The translations under genes and the position numbers were made by a program. This document shows positions 51,566 through 60,265 of a stretch of DNA of 64,000 nucleotides, piece by piece. Positions within the stretch are counted from its first letter, which is position 1. Every line of letters begins with the position of its first letter. This DNA comes from an uncultured Verrucomicrobiae bacterium. GTDB lineage: Bacteria; Verrucomicrobiota; Verrucomicrobiia; Chthoniobacterales; UBA10450. The stretch covers positions 768,001 to 832,000 of the forward strand of contig CAWDGJ010000003.1 of the NCBI GenBank assembly GCA_963801815.1, given 5' to 3'. The notes beneath the pieces were generated by a model, which worked only from the letters and a program-made list of their open reading frames with translations, searched no databases and was not told where the DNA came from.

Positions 51566-52708
51566 ATGACCATCTTTGTTGGATGTGGGTTTGCGGCAAA
51601 ATACCTTCAGGGCGGCGGCAATTTCTCCGTTCCGTTGCAATGGATGCTCGGGTTGCGTCGGTTAAAGCAAGACGCGATCTGGCTCGAGCACCTGCCAAGC
51701 GAAGGCAACGCGCGCGACGATCAACGAAAGATCGACAACTTCCGGCGACAATTGCGAGCGCACGGCCTCACCGGCCGGTATTGTTTGCTCTATCACGAAA
51801 AGCCAGAGAGCGCGCACGATCTCGACGCGTTGCATTGCGTTGGAATGTCGCAGCGCGAGCTGCTTGATCGACTAGCCGGACCAAACACAATCCTGAATCT
51901 CAGTTATTCGATCCATCCGCCATTGCTCTTGAAATTCGAGCAACGCATTTTCTGCGACCTCGATCCTAGCGAGATCATGTACTGGATGACCAAGATGGAA
52001 CTGGGCCAATCGTCGCATCACGAATTCTGGACGATTGGACTCAACGTAAATGCCGCCGATTGCCTGTTGCCAAAATCGAATGTGAGATGGAAAACTTTTT
52101 TCCCGTTAGTCGATACCAAGTTGTATCAGCCGCGGCCGCGGCCGCGAGCCCTGAAGTTCACCACAATTGGACAATGGTATTGGAGCGGCGCGGTGGAAGT
52201 GGCCGGCGAATATCCCGATCTGTCGAAGAAACAGGCGTTTGAAAAATACCTCGATCTGCCGAAGCGAGTGCCGAAAGTGGAGTTCGAATTGGCGATGCAC
52301 ATGAATCCGGATGATCCCGAGCGGAAGCGGGTGCAGGAGCACGGCTGGCGACTTGCCAATCCACATACACTTGCGCGCACGCCGAAGAAATATCGTCACT
52401 ACCTGGCAAACGCACTGGGCGAATTTACGGCCATCAAAGGCGTGGACGTGAGCTGGCAAACCGGTTGGCTGAGCGACCGGGCCGCTGCATTCCTAGCGAC
52501 TGGCCGACCGGTAATTACCGAGAACAGCGGAGCGGAAAAATACTTGCCCGCCAAGAGTGGCTTCAATTTCGTTGGCGACCTGGACGGTGCCGTCGCTGCC
52601 GTTGAAGGTGTCCTGGCAACCTGGCCTCACCGTTCGCGCGAAGCCCGCGCGTGCGCGATGGAAGTCTTCGATTCGGTGAAAAATCTGAAGAAGATCATTG
52701 GTATGTGA
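51566..52708 (+). CDS. Conserved GT-B-like protein (glycosyltransferase-like)
   Basis: GG....LQW.LGL.RL, DLDP, TGWLSDR....LATGRPVI. Confidence 0.65.
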   Translation: MTIFVGCGFAAKYLQGGGNFSVPLQWMLGLRRLKQDAIWLEHLPSEGNARDDQRKIDNFRRQLRAHGLTGRYCLLYHEKPESAHDLDALHCVGMSQRELLDRLAGPNTILNLSYSIHPPLLLKFEQRIFCDLDPSEIMYWMTKMELGQSSHHEFWTIGLNVNAADCLLPKSNVRWKTFFPLVDTKLYQPRPRPRALKFTTIGQWYWSGAVEVAGEYPDLSKKQAFEKYLDLPKRVPKVEFELAMHMNPDDPERKRVQEHGWRLANPHTLARTPKKYRHYLANALGEFTAIKGVDVSWQTGWLSDRAAAFLATGRPVITENSGAEKYLPAKSGFNFVGDLDGAVAAVEGVLATWPHRSREARACAMEVFDSVKNLKKIIGM

Positions 52709-52841
52709 AGGGTGGATTGGCTTCTGCTAAGGCGATACGATTGCCGCTGGAGAGCACGAACAATCAACGGGTTCGGAGAACGCGTTCCACCCCCATTTAG
52801 CCATTGCAAAACGATTTTCGGGTGTTACTCGTTGTCCCGTT

Positions 52842-53126
52842 ATGCCCGAGTTGATGAAAGCCCCCGAGTTGAAAGAGCGCATGAAACGCATCCCGGAGTG
52901 GGAGCTGGAGAAGAAGCACATCGAACGCACTTTTGAGTTCGATGATTTCGCGGACGCTATCGATTTCGTGAATGCAGTGGGCGAGGTTGCTGAAGAAGAA
53001 GAGCATCATCCCGACATCGATATTCGTTACAACAAAGTCCGTTTGCTGCTTTCAACCCATAGCAAGGGCGGCCTGACAGAATTGGATTTCTCGCTTGCCG
53101 AGCGAATCGACACATTGTCAGAGTGA
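52842..53126 (+). CDS. phhB: Pterin-4-alpha-carbinolamine dehydratase
   Basis: EHHPDI, LSTHSKGGLTELD. Confidence 0.92.
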   Translation: MPELMKAPELKERMKRIPEWELEKKHIERTFEFDDFADAIDFVNAVGEVAEEEEHHPDIDIRYNKVRLLLSTHSKGGLTELDFSLAERIDTLSE

Positions 53127-53143
53127 CAAGTGATGGGTGACGA

Positions 53144-53278
53144 GTGACAAGAAAAGTCGTAGCGACACTCGTCGTAATTCTCGTGGTGATCGCGGTCTGG
53201 AAGTTTATTGACTGGCGGATGCGGCCACCACCTCCGCCAAACAAGATCGTAATCCCTGTCCCAGCGCCATCCCCATAG
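53144..53278 (+). CDS. Small single-TM Pro-rich protein (44 aa)
   Basis: Not in ORF track. GTG start: MTRKVVATLVVILVVIAVWKFIDWRMRPPPPPNKIVIPVPAPSP. Confidence 0.65.
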   Translation: MTRKVVATLVVILVVIAVWKFIDWRMRPPPPPNKIVIPVPAPSP

Positions 53279-53321
53279 GGTCGAAGTGACCAACTGGTCA
53301 CCGGTCGCTCGTCACCTCTAT

Positions 53322-53777
53322 TTAGTCCGGCGCAGTCTGGAGTTTTTGGTTGCCAACCAAGAGTCGGCCTTCGTCCGCGTCGATGAATGTGAACATAGTC
53401 TGGATTTCCGATCGCCCGGCCATCCCCGCTTCTTTCTTCCGGCGTTTTAAAATTTCCGACAATTCATCATTCCAGCCCCGTTTGCGCATAAATTCGTTCC
53501 AGACGTAGACCTCATCGTCCGATGGCCGATTCCCGATGCTGAAACACCACTGCAAAATTTCCTCGTCGCTGCCGCCGTCCTTCACTCGTTCTGCGAGTTG
53601 ACCGTAATCGACGCGCAAGAACGTGCAGCAGCTTGCGTCGAATCCGCGGCCAAGATTTGCCTGATAATCGGGGGACAGCTGTTCTTTGCCGTGCTGACGA
53701 ATCTTGTCGAGCATACGGCCGAAATAAACGATACCGCCCACTTTCAACGCCGGGCTGCGCAGGCCTAACTCCCTCAT
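53322..53777 (-). CDS. DUF5069 domain protein
   Basis: LRSP...GGIVYFGRMLDKIR, GFD..CC.FL, DEEIL.W, WN, IDADEGR. Confidence 0.85.
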   Translation of the reverse strand: MRELGLRSPALKVGGIVYFGRMLDKIRQHGKEQLSPDYQANLGRGFDASCCTFLRVDYGQLAERVKDGGSDEEILQWCFSIGNRPSDDEVYVWNEFMRKRGWNDELSEILKRRKKEAGMAGRSEIQTMFTFIDADEGRLLVGNQKLQTAPD

Positions 53778-53824
53778 CGGGCAGCGAGTGTGCGCTCTTT
53801 TTACGCGACTTTCAAGTCTGGCGT

Positions 53825-55858
53825 CTAATACCCGACTACGCGGATTTCTTGGGTGAGCTCGGCCGGCGGTCCGTATAAAGCCTGGTTTAACTCCTTCTCG
53901 CTAAGATCGAAGATGAAAATCGAGTAACCGGCCTGAGCCACAGGCGGGCGATGCCGCAGATAAGCACATAGCCGTTCGAACCGAAGCCGTTCGAACGTTC
54001 GGGTTTTCTTCAGCCACGGGACCGCGCCGGCATTCGCGACCAAAGCAACACGCTCCGCTGAATTTGAGGCGGTAGCTCGATAGAGTTCCCGTTCTGCGAG
54101 CGCGGCTTGATACTGTTGCTCGTAAGCCCGTGCCCACAATCCGATCTCGGGCGCGTACACACTCTGGAGGGTCGTTGCGCTGACGCAATAAATGCCGGCG
54201 CGCAACGGCGCAAACGACCGGTCTCCGCTCAGATGATCTTCAGGAAGACATTTGGCGTCGACGTCGTACCAGCGCGGATCGGCTACGCCGAAGTAACCAA
54301 GATATAACGGCTTTCCGTCGACAAGTTGCGAGTGGTTGTCGATCCAGTGTTTGAGTGTCGGCAAGTCTTGTCCCCAGTCGAGTGAGCTATCGACCAAATG
54401 CTGGTAGCCGCGACTCGGTCCGCCGGCGACTTGATTGAAATAAGCGAGATAGTCTGGGCGAACGGCAAGCGATTCTCTGATTTGCCAGAGTAGAAGTACC
54501 GCAACCGCCGCGGCGAGAATCGTTCGCCGGTTTCTTTGCAACAGAGACGCGACTGCACCGCAACCGACAAAGACCGCAGGATAAATAGGTAGAATGTGCC
54601 GGTGTCCGATATTGAGCGAACTGGAGGTTGCAAAAGCGCCGTAAATGCAAGCGAAGGACAAGAGCGGATTCGTGAACCATGTCGGCTCCTGATTCTCTGG
54701 TGATTTGTTCCAACGCGTAATTGCGGCAAGGAGCGCAACAAGCAACAAGAGCAAGATTGGCAACGGCGTTTTGTAGAGGAAGGCGAGCGGAAAAAATGAA
54801 GCGAACCCGATAATGCTCCAGCTGCCATCGAGGAAGGCGGGCCGGCTCTCTGCGCTCTTTTGGGTGTAAGCGAGCCCGCAGAGGTAAGCCTCCGGCAGCA
54901 AGTGATGCACACGCGCATACCCAATCGCATTTTGAATCCCAGTGTGATCCAAAAGGACTGCTTCCCAGCGGTCATTCCAAACCTCTCTGGATGGGCCGAT
55001 GTCGGTCAGGGCCGAGTAGCGAAACGAGAACGATAACCAAATGGCAAAGACGATTGTTCCGCCGAGAAAGAGCGCTGCGCCGACAAGGGCAAACGCCTTC
55101 TTCCATCTCTTCGAAACAAAGATTCGAAATTTGAACAATTCCAGCGGGATCTCTTGATGTGACAAGATTGGCCAGATCAACATGGTGGCGACAACTGGCA
55201 AGATGATCGGCGCCGAGAATTTCGTGAGAAAAAGTCCGGACAAACTTAACCCGGCGAACGTCAATCGTGCAGGCGAGATCTTCTGGAACAATCGCCAACA
55301 GCTCCAGATTGTGGCCGTAAAAAAGAACGCGGCCGCGACGTCGGACGTGACGAGAGCACTGTGCGCCAGAAAATTAGGATCGAACGCGGCAAGCGTTTCG
55401 GCGACCAGTCCACCGATCACGCCGAAAAATTCGCGCGCGATTCGATAGACTAGAAGGCAAACGCCAATACCGAAGATCGACATCATTAGCCGTGCCTGCG
55501 CGAGCATTCGATCAGGATCGTTGCCAAGTTCGTAAAGAAACCTGTGGGCGGTGTCGCCCTCATCCGCGTACTGCCAGGCTGAATCGTTAGGTGAAAGAAA
55601 CCTTGTATCGCCAGACCGAAGGGGAAGCGCGGCCCAGCGCGCGATAAGATTTCCATTTTCAGGATCGAGGCGAAAATCATTCCTGACCCAGTAGCTGAAG
55701 CCTGCCGCGAGATGTTGCGGTTCGTCGAACGTCGGAGACTTCGTGTTTATCGCTGTGACCGCCATGAAGCCCTGCAGCAGTGCGATCAGGATCGCAAAAA
55801 GCCAAATTGAACGCTCGCTCGACAGCACGAGAAACAGCGGGAAGCACGCCGCGTGCAA
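53825..55858 (-). CDS. GT-C glycosyltransferase (PMT/ArnT-like)
   Basis: PTFDEPQH, LAH..LVTSD, TKFSA, LYKTP, NIGHRH, YLAYFN, DSSLDWGQDL; start approximate. Confidence 0.85.
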   Translation of the reverse strand: MHAACFPLFLVLSSERSIWLFAILIALLQGFMAVTAINTKSPTFDEPQHLAAGFSYWVRNDFRLDPENGNLIARWAALPLRSGDTRFLSPNDSAWQYADEGDTAHRFLYELGNDPDRMLAQARLMMSIFGIGVCLLVYRIAREFFGVIGGLVAETLAAFDPNFLAHSALVTSDVAAAFFFTATIWSCWRLFQKISPARLTFAGLSLSGLFLTKFSAPIILPVVATMLIWPILSHQEIPLELFKFRIFVSKRWKKAFALVGAALFLGGTIVFAIWLSFSFRYSALTDIGPSREVWNDRWEAVLLDHTGIQNAIGYARVHHLLPEAYLCGLAYTQKSAESRPAFLDGSWSIIGFASFFPLAFLYKTPLPILLLLLVALLAAITRWNKSPENQEPTWFTNPLLSFACIYGAFATSSSLNIGHRHILPIYPAVFVGCGAVASLLQRNRRTILAAAVAVLLLWQIRESLAVRPDYLAYFNQVAGGPSRGYQHLVDSSLDWGQDLPTLKHWIDNHSQLVDGKPLYLGYFGVADPRWYDVDAKCLPEDHLSGDRSFAPLRAGIYCVSATTLQSVYAPEIGLWARAYEQQYQAALAERELYRATASNSAERVALVANAGAVPWLKKTRTFERLRFERLCAYLRHRPPVAQAGYSIFIFDLSEKELNQALYGPPAELTQEIRVVGY

Positions 55859-55863
55859 AATCC

Positions 55864-55940
55864 TTTAGCGATTTAGCGATTCAGTGATTTAATGATTGGT
55901 TCGCGAATCGCTAAGTCTCTAACTCGTTAATTCATTAAAT
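55864..55940. repeat. Inverted octamer tandem array directly upstream of the pafA-like gene
   Basis: tttagcga tttagcga ttcagtga tttaatga ... aatcgcta agtctcta actcgtta attcatta aat. Confidence 0.8.
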
Positions 55941-55943
55941 ACC

Positions 55944-57374
55944 GTGGACCGGATCGTTGGGATCGAGACCGAATATGGCTGCCTGATGAGCAGTGAGGAA
56001 TTGCGCTGCAACTCGGAGGTTTGGCCTGCCAAGGTGAAGAATTATCTCTTCAACAAGGCTGCAGCAGGCACAATTGATCTTCACTATCGCGATTACGAAG
56101 AGCCGCCGGGCAATGGCGGTTTTCTTTTGAACGGCGGCCGGCTCTATCTTGACATGGGTCACATCGAATATGCGTCGCCCGAATGTTTGCATCTGCATGA
56201 TCTCGTCACTTACGAAATGGCCGGTGACGCTCTGCTGCGCGAATCGCTTGCCGCGCTCGAAGCGAGCGATCGCGTTTCATTCATCAAGAACAATGTCGAT
56301 CATCACACCGGCGCGACTTTTGGTTGTCACGAAAACTATTTGATGAAGCGTGAGGCGCAGTTCACGCCGTCCGTGCTTGGCACGTTGCTCACGTTTCTAG
56401 CAACCCGACAAATCTTCACCGGGGCCGGCCGAGTGGGGCAGGCGAATCCGCTGGCGTTCGATTTCGAACCGCCGCAAGCGGAGACGCCGGTGGCGTTTCA
56501 GTTGAGTCAGCGCGCCGATCACATCGTTAACGACATCTACCAGTGGGTGCAATTTAATCGCGCCATAATCAATGCGCGCGACGAGCCGCTGGCCGATTAT
56601 CGCAAATATCGCCGGCTCCATTTGCTCATCGGCGATTCCAACATGAGCCCGTTCGCCAACGCGTTGAAAATCGGCACGACGGCATGCGTGCTGTCGCTCC
56701 TCGAGCAACGTCAGTTGCCGCGCAATCTTGTGCTCAACGATGCCGTCCGCAGCACCCGCGACATTTCGCGCGATCCGACCCGCAAATGGATTGTCGATCT
56801 TGAGAATGGCAAGACCATCGGCGCGCTCGATGTGCAATGGCAATTCCACGATCTCGCCCAGCGACATTTGCGAGAAAGAGATCCGGAGACTGATTGGTTG
56901 CTCGAAACCTGGAGTTTTGTGCTCGAATCAATCGAGCAAAATCCGCAGGCGCTTATCGGCGGGGTCGATTGGATCACTAAGAAATGGTTACTCGAAGCGT
57001 TTATGGAATCGGAAAAAATCGGCTGGGACAATCCATGGCTGCAAAGTTTGGATCTCGAGTATCACAACATCGATCCCGCGCACGGATTGTTCTTCAGCGT
57101 CACGCCTGGCAAACGCGTCGCGGAATGGAACAACAGTTTTCAGCCGGCAAACGCTACCCGCGTTCCGCCCGCCAACACGCGCGCATCCGGCCGCGCCCGC
57201 GCCGTCGCCTATTTCCAGGATCGACATCAACCTTACGTTATCAATTGGGACTCCGTCGCCCACGACAGCCGCGACTTCCTCGTTATGGGCGACCCGTTCG
57301 AAACCTACAACGACGAAGTCGATAAATTTCTCGCCAAACCACGGCCGGCTTCGAACCACGAAGATCACGAATGA
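55944..57374 (+). CDS. pafA: Pup/UBact-protein ligase family protein (PafA-like)
   Basis: GIETEYG, NGGRLYLD.GH.EYASPEC, KNNVD, GCHENYL, SQRADHI, NARDEPLAD..KYRRLH..GDSNMS, LDLEYH. Confidence 0.88.
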   Translation: MDRIVGIETEYGCLMSSEELRCNSEVWPAKVKNYLFNKAAAGTIDLHYRDYEEPPGNGGFLLNGGRLYLDMGHIEYASPECLHLHDLVTYEMAGDALLRESLAALEASDRVSFIKNNVDHHTGATFGCHENYLMKREAQFTPSVLGTLLTFLATRQIFTGAGRVGQANPLAFDFEPPQAETPVAFQLSQRADHIVNDIYQWVQFNRAIINARDEPLADYRKYRRLHLLIGDSNMSPFANALKIGTTACVLSLLEQRQLPRNLVLNDAVRSTRDISRDPTRKWIVDLENGKTIGALDVQWQFHDLAQRHLRERDPETDWLLETWSFVLESIEQNPQALIGGVDWITKKWLLEAFMESEKIGWDNPWLQSLDLEYHNIDPAHGLFFSVTPGKRVAEWNNSFQPANATRVPPANTRASGRARAVAYFQDRHQPYVINWDSVAHDSRDFLVMGDPFETYNDEVDKFLAKPRPASNHEDHE

Positions 57375-57501
57375 CACGAACGGGAAGCGAGCTCGAAACG
57401 GTTTGGGTGCCGCTCAAGAATCTCTGAGCAACTTTGGAAAGACATGTGCGCGAGGAGTTGGCGCGCCGGAAAAGGAATTCGCAGACGGCGAGCCGCACGA
57501 C

Positions 57502-57576
57502 ATGAAGGTTTATTATCCGGTCGATCCGAGAGAGTTGCCGAAAGAATTGGCAGGCGTTAAGTGGCCGCCATCATGA
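57502..57576 (+). CDS. Possible 24-aa peptide
   Basis: MKVYYPVDPRELPKELAGVKWPPS; ATGA overlap with the downstream methyltransferase. Confidence 0.3.
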   Translation: MKVYYPVDPRELPKELAGVKWPPS

Positions 57577-58214
57577 GCGCCGCAGACAGAGTCATCGGTC
57601 AGTGCCGGAAGCCATCAGGATTGTTTGGCCGGTTTATCTTATGGGACATGAATCGGCATCATTCGAAGTTGACCGATTGGGGATTGAGTTACGTCACGAT
57701 TGAGAAAACCGATACGATTCTCGATGTCGGTTGTGGCGGCGGCCGGACGATCAACAAACTCGCGAACATGGCCGAAAAAGTTCACGGGATCGACTACTCG
57801 GAAGAAAGTGTGGCCGTCGCACATCGGAACAACAGGCGCTGGATCGACATCGGCCGAGTCAGTATCCGAGAGGGAACAGTTTCTCAGTTGGCCTTTCCGG
57901 ATGGCACATTCGATTTGGTCACCGCGATCGAGACGCATTTGTTTTGGCCGGATTTGCCGAACGACTTCCGCGAAATCTTCCGCGTTCTAAAATCCGGCGG
58001 CCAGCTGTTAATCGTTGCCGAGATTTATAAAGGCGGAAAACATCTGGATGGCGTTCGAAAGCAGATTTTGGAAAAGCACCTTGCCGCGAATATGAACCTT
58101 CTTACGCCGGATGAGCATCGCGAGCTTTTGACCAACGCCGGTTTCTCCGACGTTGAGATTTTTGAAGAGCTCGACAAAGGCTGGATCTGCGTCGTCGGGA
58201 AAAAGCCGCGATAA
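57573..58214 (+). CDS. Class I SAM-dependent methyltransferase
   Basis: QCRKPSG.FG, ILDVGCGGG, FDLVTAIET..FWPD, RVLK.GG. Confidence 0.9.
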   Translation: MSAADRVIGQCRKPSGLFGRFILWDMNRHHSKLTDWGLSYVTIEKTDTILDVGCGGGRTINKLANMAEKVHGIDYSEESVAVAHRNNRRWIDIGRVSIREGTVSQLAFPDGTFDLVTAIETHLFWPDLPNDFREIFRVLKSGGQLLIVAEIYKGGKHLDGVRKQILEKHLAANMNLLTPDEHRELLTNAGFSDVEIFEELDKGWICVVGKKPR

Positions 58215-58216
58215 AT

Positions 58217-58795
58217 TCAGATTAGACCGAGCGCGTAAACGGTTGGGCCATCGATCACACCGTTCACTTCCAGTCCTTCATCCTGTTGGTAGGCGCTGAT
58301 CGCTTGACGCGTTGCCGGACTCAATGCCCCGCTGATCCCGCCGCTATAGTATCCCAATTCTTGAAGCGCGCGCTGGACATTCACGATGACCTGGTCGGGA
58401 AGAAGATTTCCGTAGGTGAAAATCGGGCCGTCGTAATCGTAAGCCTCGTAGTTCGGATCGTAGCCCCACGCGGGGAACCAGTAGCCCGCATCGAAATAAT
58501 AATATCCGCCGCCAACTAAAACGAAGGTGGTGAAATGGCGCTTCCACCAAAAACGGGTGTGCCGCGCGTGTTGATATCGGCCGACCGCGTTCGAGTAGGG
58601 GACAACATTGGCGGGTTTTCGCGCTGGAGCAGTCGTCATTGGCGCACGCGCAGTTGGGGGCGGCTTCCGAGCTACGTGGACTGGCTTGGGTTTCTGCGAA
58701 GTCGCCGTTGGGGAGTTGCCTGGCAACACGGTTTGCGCTCGTACCGCCGGTGCGATCGCGGCTGCGCAAACGAATGCGAGAAGAAGACGCCTCAC
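58217..58795 (-). CDS. Secreted protein with a C-terminal peptidoglycan-binding domain
   Basis: Signal peptide, Pro- and Tyr-rich middle, VQRALQELGYY.G...G..TRQAI..YQ...GL.V.G. Confidence 0.85.
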   Translation of the reverse strand: MRRLLLAFVCAAAIAPAVRAQTVLPGNSPTATSQKPKPVHVARKPPPTARAPMTTAPARKPANVVPYSNAVGRYQHARHTRFWWKRHFTTFVLVGGGYYYFDAGYWFPAWGYDPNYEAYDYDGPIFTYGNLLPDQVIVNVQRALQELGYYSGGISGALSPATRQAISAYQQDEGLEVNGVIDGPTVYALGLI

Positions 58796-58898
58796 GCCTG
58801 TTTGACATTGTTTCGGTCAGTTTTGTTCGGCTCGGGAAGCGGTAGCGGGAGTAGGCTGAAAAATGGAATTAAAAAATGTGCTTGCGGGTTGTGAGTTA

Positions 58899-58920
58899 GT
58901 GTTATAGTTAACTATAACAC
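58899..58920. promoter_or_regulatory. Perfect 22-bp palindrome, probable YtrA-type operator over the -10 box
   Basis: GTGTTATAGTT|AACTATAACAC, containing TGnTATAGT, upstream of the GntR gene. Confidence 0.8.
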
Positions 58921-58989
58921 ATATGAGGGACAGAGAACGATTGAAGCGAAATTTTGCAACCCGGTTGGGGACGTTCTCCGCAAAACAGG

Positions 58990-59376
58990 ATGAATCGTGA
59001 ATGGAACGATAGTCAGCCGATTTATCGCCAACTGCGCGATCGCGTCGTTCATATGATCCTCGACGGCGTGCTCAAGGAAGGCGATCCGTTGCCATCGGTG
59101 CGCAACGTTGCCGCCGAATCTCGAATCAATCCGCTCACGGTCCTTAAAGCCTATCAAGAATTAGTCGATGAGGAGCTGGTCGAGAAAAGGCGAGGCCTCG
59201 GCATGTTTGTGAAAACGGATGCGCGGGAGTTTTTGCTAAAAGGCGAACGCCAAAAGTTCTTGAACGAGCATTGGCCGCGCGTTCACGCCACGATTCAACG
59301 CCTCGGCTTGAATCCGAAGGACTTGCTCGATGCCGCAGCGCGTCACTCCGCCAAAATTGGAAAGGAGAAACTTTAA
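58990..59376 (+). CDS. GntR family regulator, YtrA subfamily
   Basis: PIYRQL, LPSVR, INPLTV.KAY, RRGLGMFV, short C-terminus, precedes an ABC ATPase. Confidence 0.93.
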   Translation: MNREWNDSQPIYRQLRDRVVHMILDGVLKEGDPLPSVRNVAAESRINPLTVLKAYQELVDEELVEKRRGLGMFVKTDAREFLLKGERQKFLNEHWPRVHATIQRLGLNPKDLLDAAARHSAKIGKEKL

Positions 59377-59377
59377 C

Positions 59378-60265
59378 ATGGCCTGCATTGAAGCACATGG
59401 CCTTCGCAAGGTGTATGGGACAACAGTCGCCCTTGATAACGTTGATCTTCGTATCGAGGAAGGCCGCATTCTCGGAGTAATCGGGCCGAACGGCGCTGGC
59501 AAAACAACGGCCTTGAACGCGATTCTCGGCCTCACCGCATACCAAGGAGAACTGAAAGTGCTTGGCCGCGACCCCTGGGCCGAGCGCGATCAGCTCATGC
59601 GCGATGTCTCGTTCATTGCCGACGTTGCAGTGTTGCCGCGTTGGATCCGAGTTTCACAATTGCTCGACTACGTCGCCGGCGTGCATCCGAAATTCGATCG
59701 GACGAAAGCGGAAGGATTTTTGGCGAAGACAACGATCAAACGCACGAGCAAGGTCAGAGAGCTATCGAAGGGTATGGTGGCGCAGCTGCATCTTGCAGTT
59801 GTGATGGCCATCGACGCCAAATTGCTTGTCCTGGATGAGCCCACCCTCGGTCTCGATATTTTGTATCGAAAACAGTTCTACGATTCGTTGCTCAACGATT
59901 ACTTCGACGGCAAGCGCACAATCATCGTGACGACGCACCAGGTCGAAGAAGTTCAAGATGTGCTGACGGACCTCATGTTCATTGATCACGGCCGGATCGT
60001 GCTCGAATGCAGCATGGAGGAATTCGAGTCACGCTACTTGGAATTGATGGTGCATCCGGACCATCTCGCGGGTGCGCGCTCGCTCAAGCCGATGAACGAA
60101 CGCCAGCTTTTCGGCCGCAGCATCATGTTATTCGATCATGTCGATCGTGGCCAGCTTGCCGCGCTCGGTGATGTGCGCACGCCGACGATCGCCGACTTGT
60201 TTGTAGCGGTGATGGGAAATTCAGCCATCACAAGTCAGCAGTCGGAGGTCAGAGAACTGAAATGA
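59378..60265 (+). CDS. ABC transporter ATP-binding protein
   Basis: GPNGAGKTT, LSKGM, LVLDEPT, TTH. Confidence 0.95.
   Translation: MACIEAHGLRKVYGTTVALDNVDLRIEEGRILGVIGPNGAGKTTALNAILGLTAYQGELKVLGRDPWAERDQLMRDVSFIADVAVLPRWIRVSQLLDYVAGVHPKFDRTKAEGFLAKTTIKRTSKVRELSKGMVAQLHLAVVMAIDAKLLVLDEPTLGLDILYRKQFYDSLLNDYFDGKRTIIVTTHQVEEVQDVLTDLMFIDHGRIVLECSMEEFESRYLELMVHPDHLAGARSLKPMNERQLFGRSIMLFDHVDRGQLAALGDVRTPTIADLFVAVMGNSAITSQQSEVRELK

Noticed and set aside
55864..55940. Repeat arrays as CRISPR
   Set aside because: Units are 7-9 nt with no unique spacers, and no cas genes are present
57425..57427. In-frame TGA as selenocysteine or programmed readthrough
   Set aside because: No recognisable SECIS hairpin or redox motif; a nonsense codon or chance ORF is simpler
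57371..57576. Small ORFs after pafA as the Pup/UBact modifier
   Set aside because: None ends in a GGE/GGQ/TGE-type motif and they are shorter than known modifiers
56728..57576. 282-aa alternative-frame ORF over pafA, and similar long shadow ORFs (25287-26444, 16120-17295, 13352-14089)
   Set aside because: Arg/Ser/Pro-rich or antisense frames over well-supported genes, as expected in GC-rich DNA
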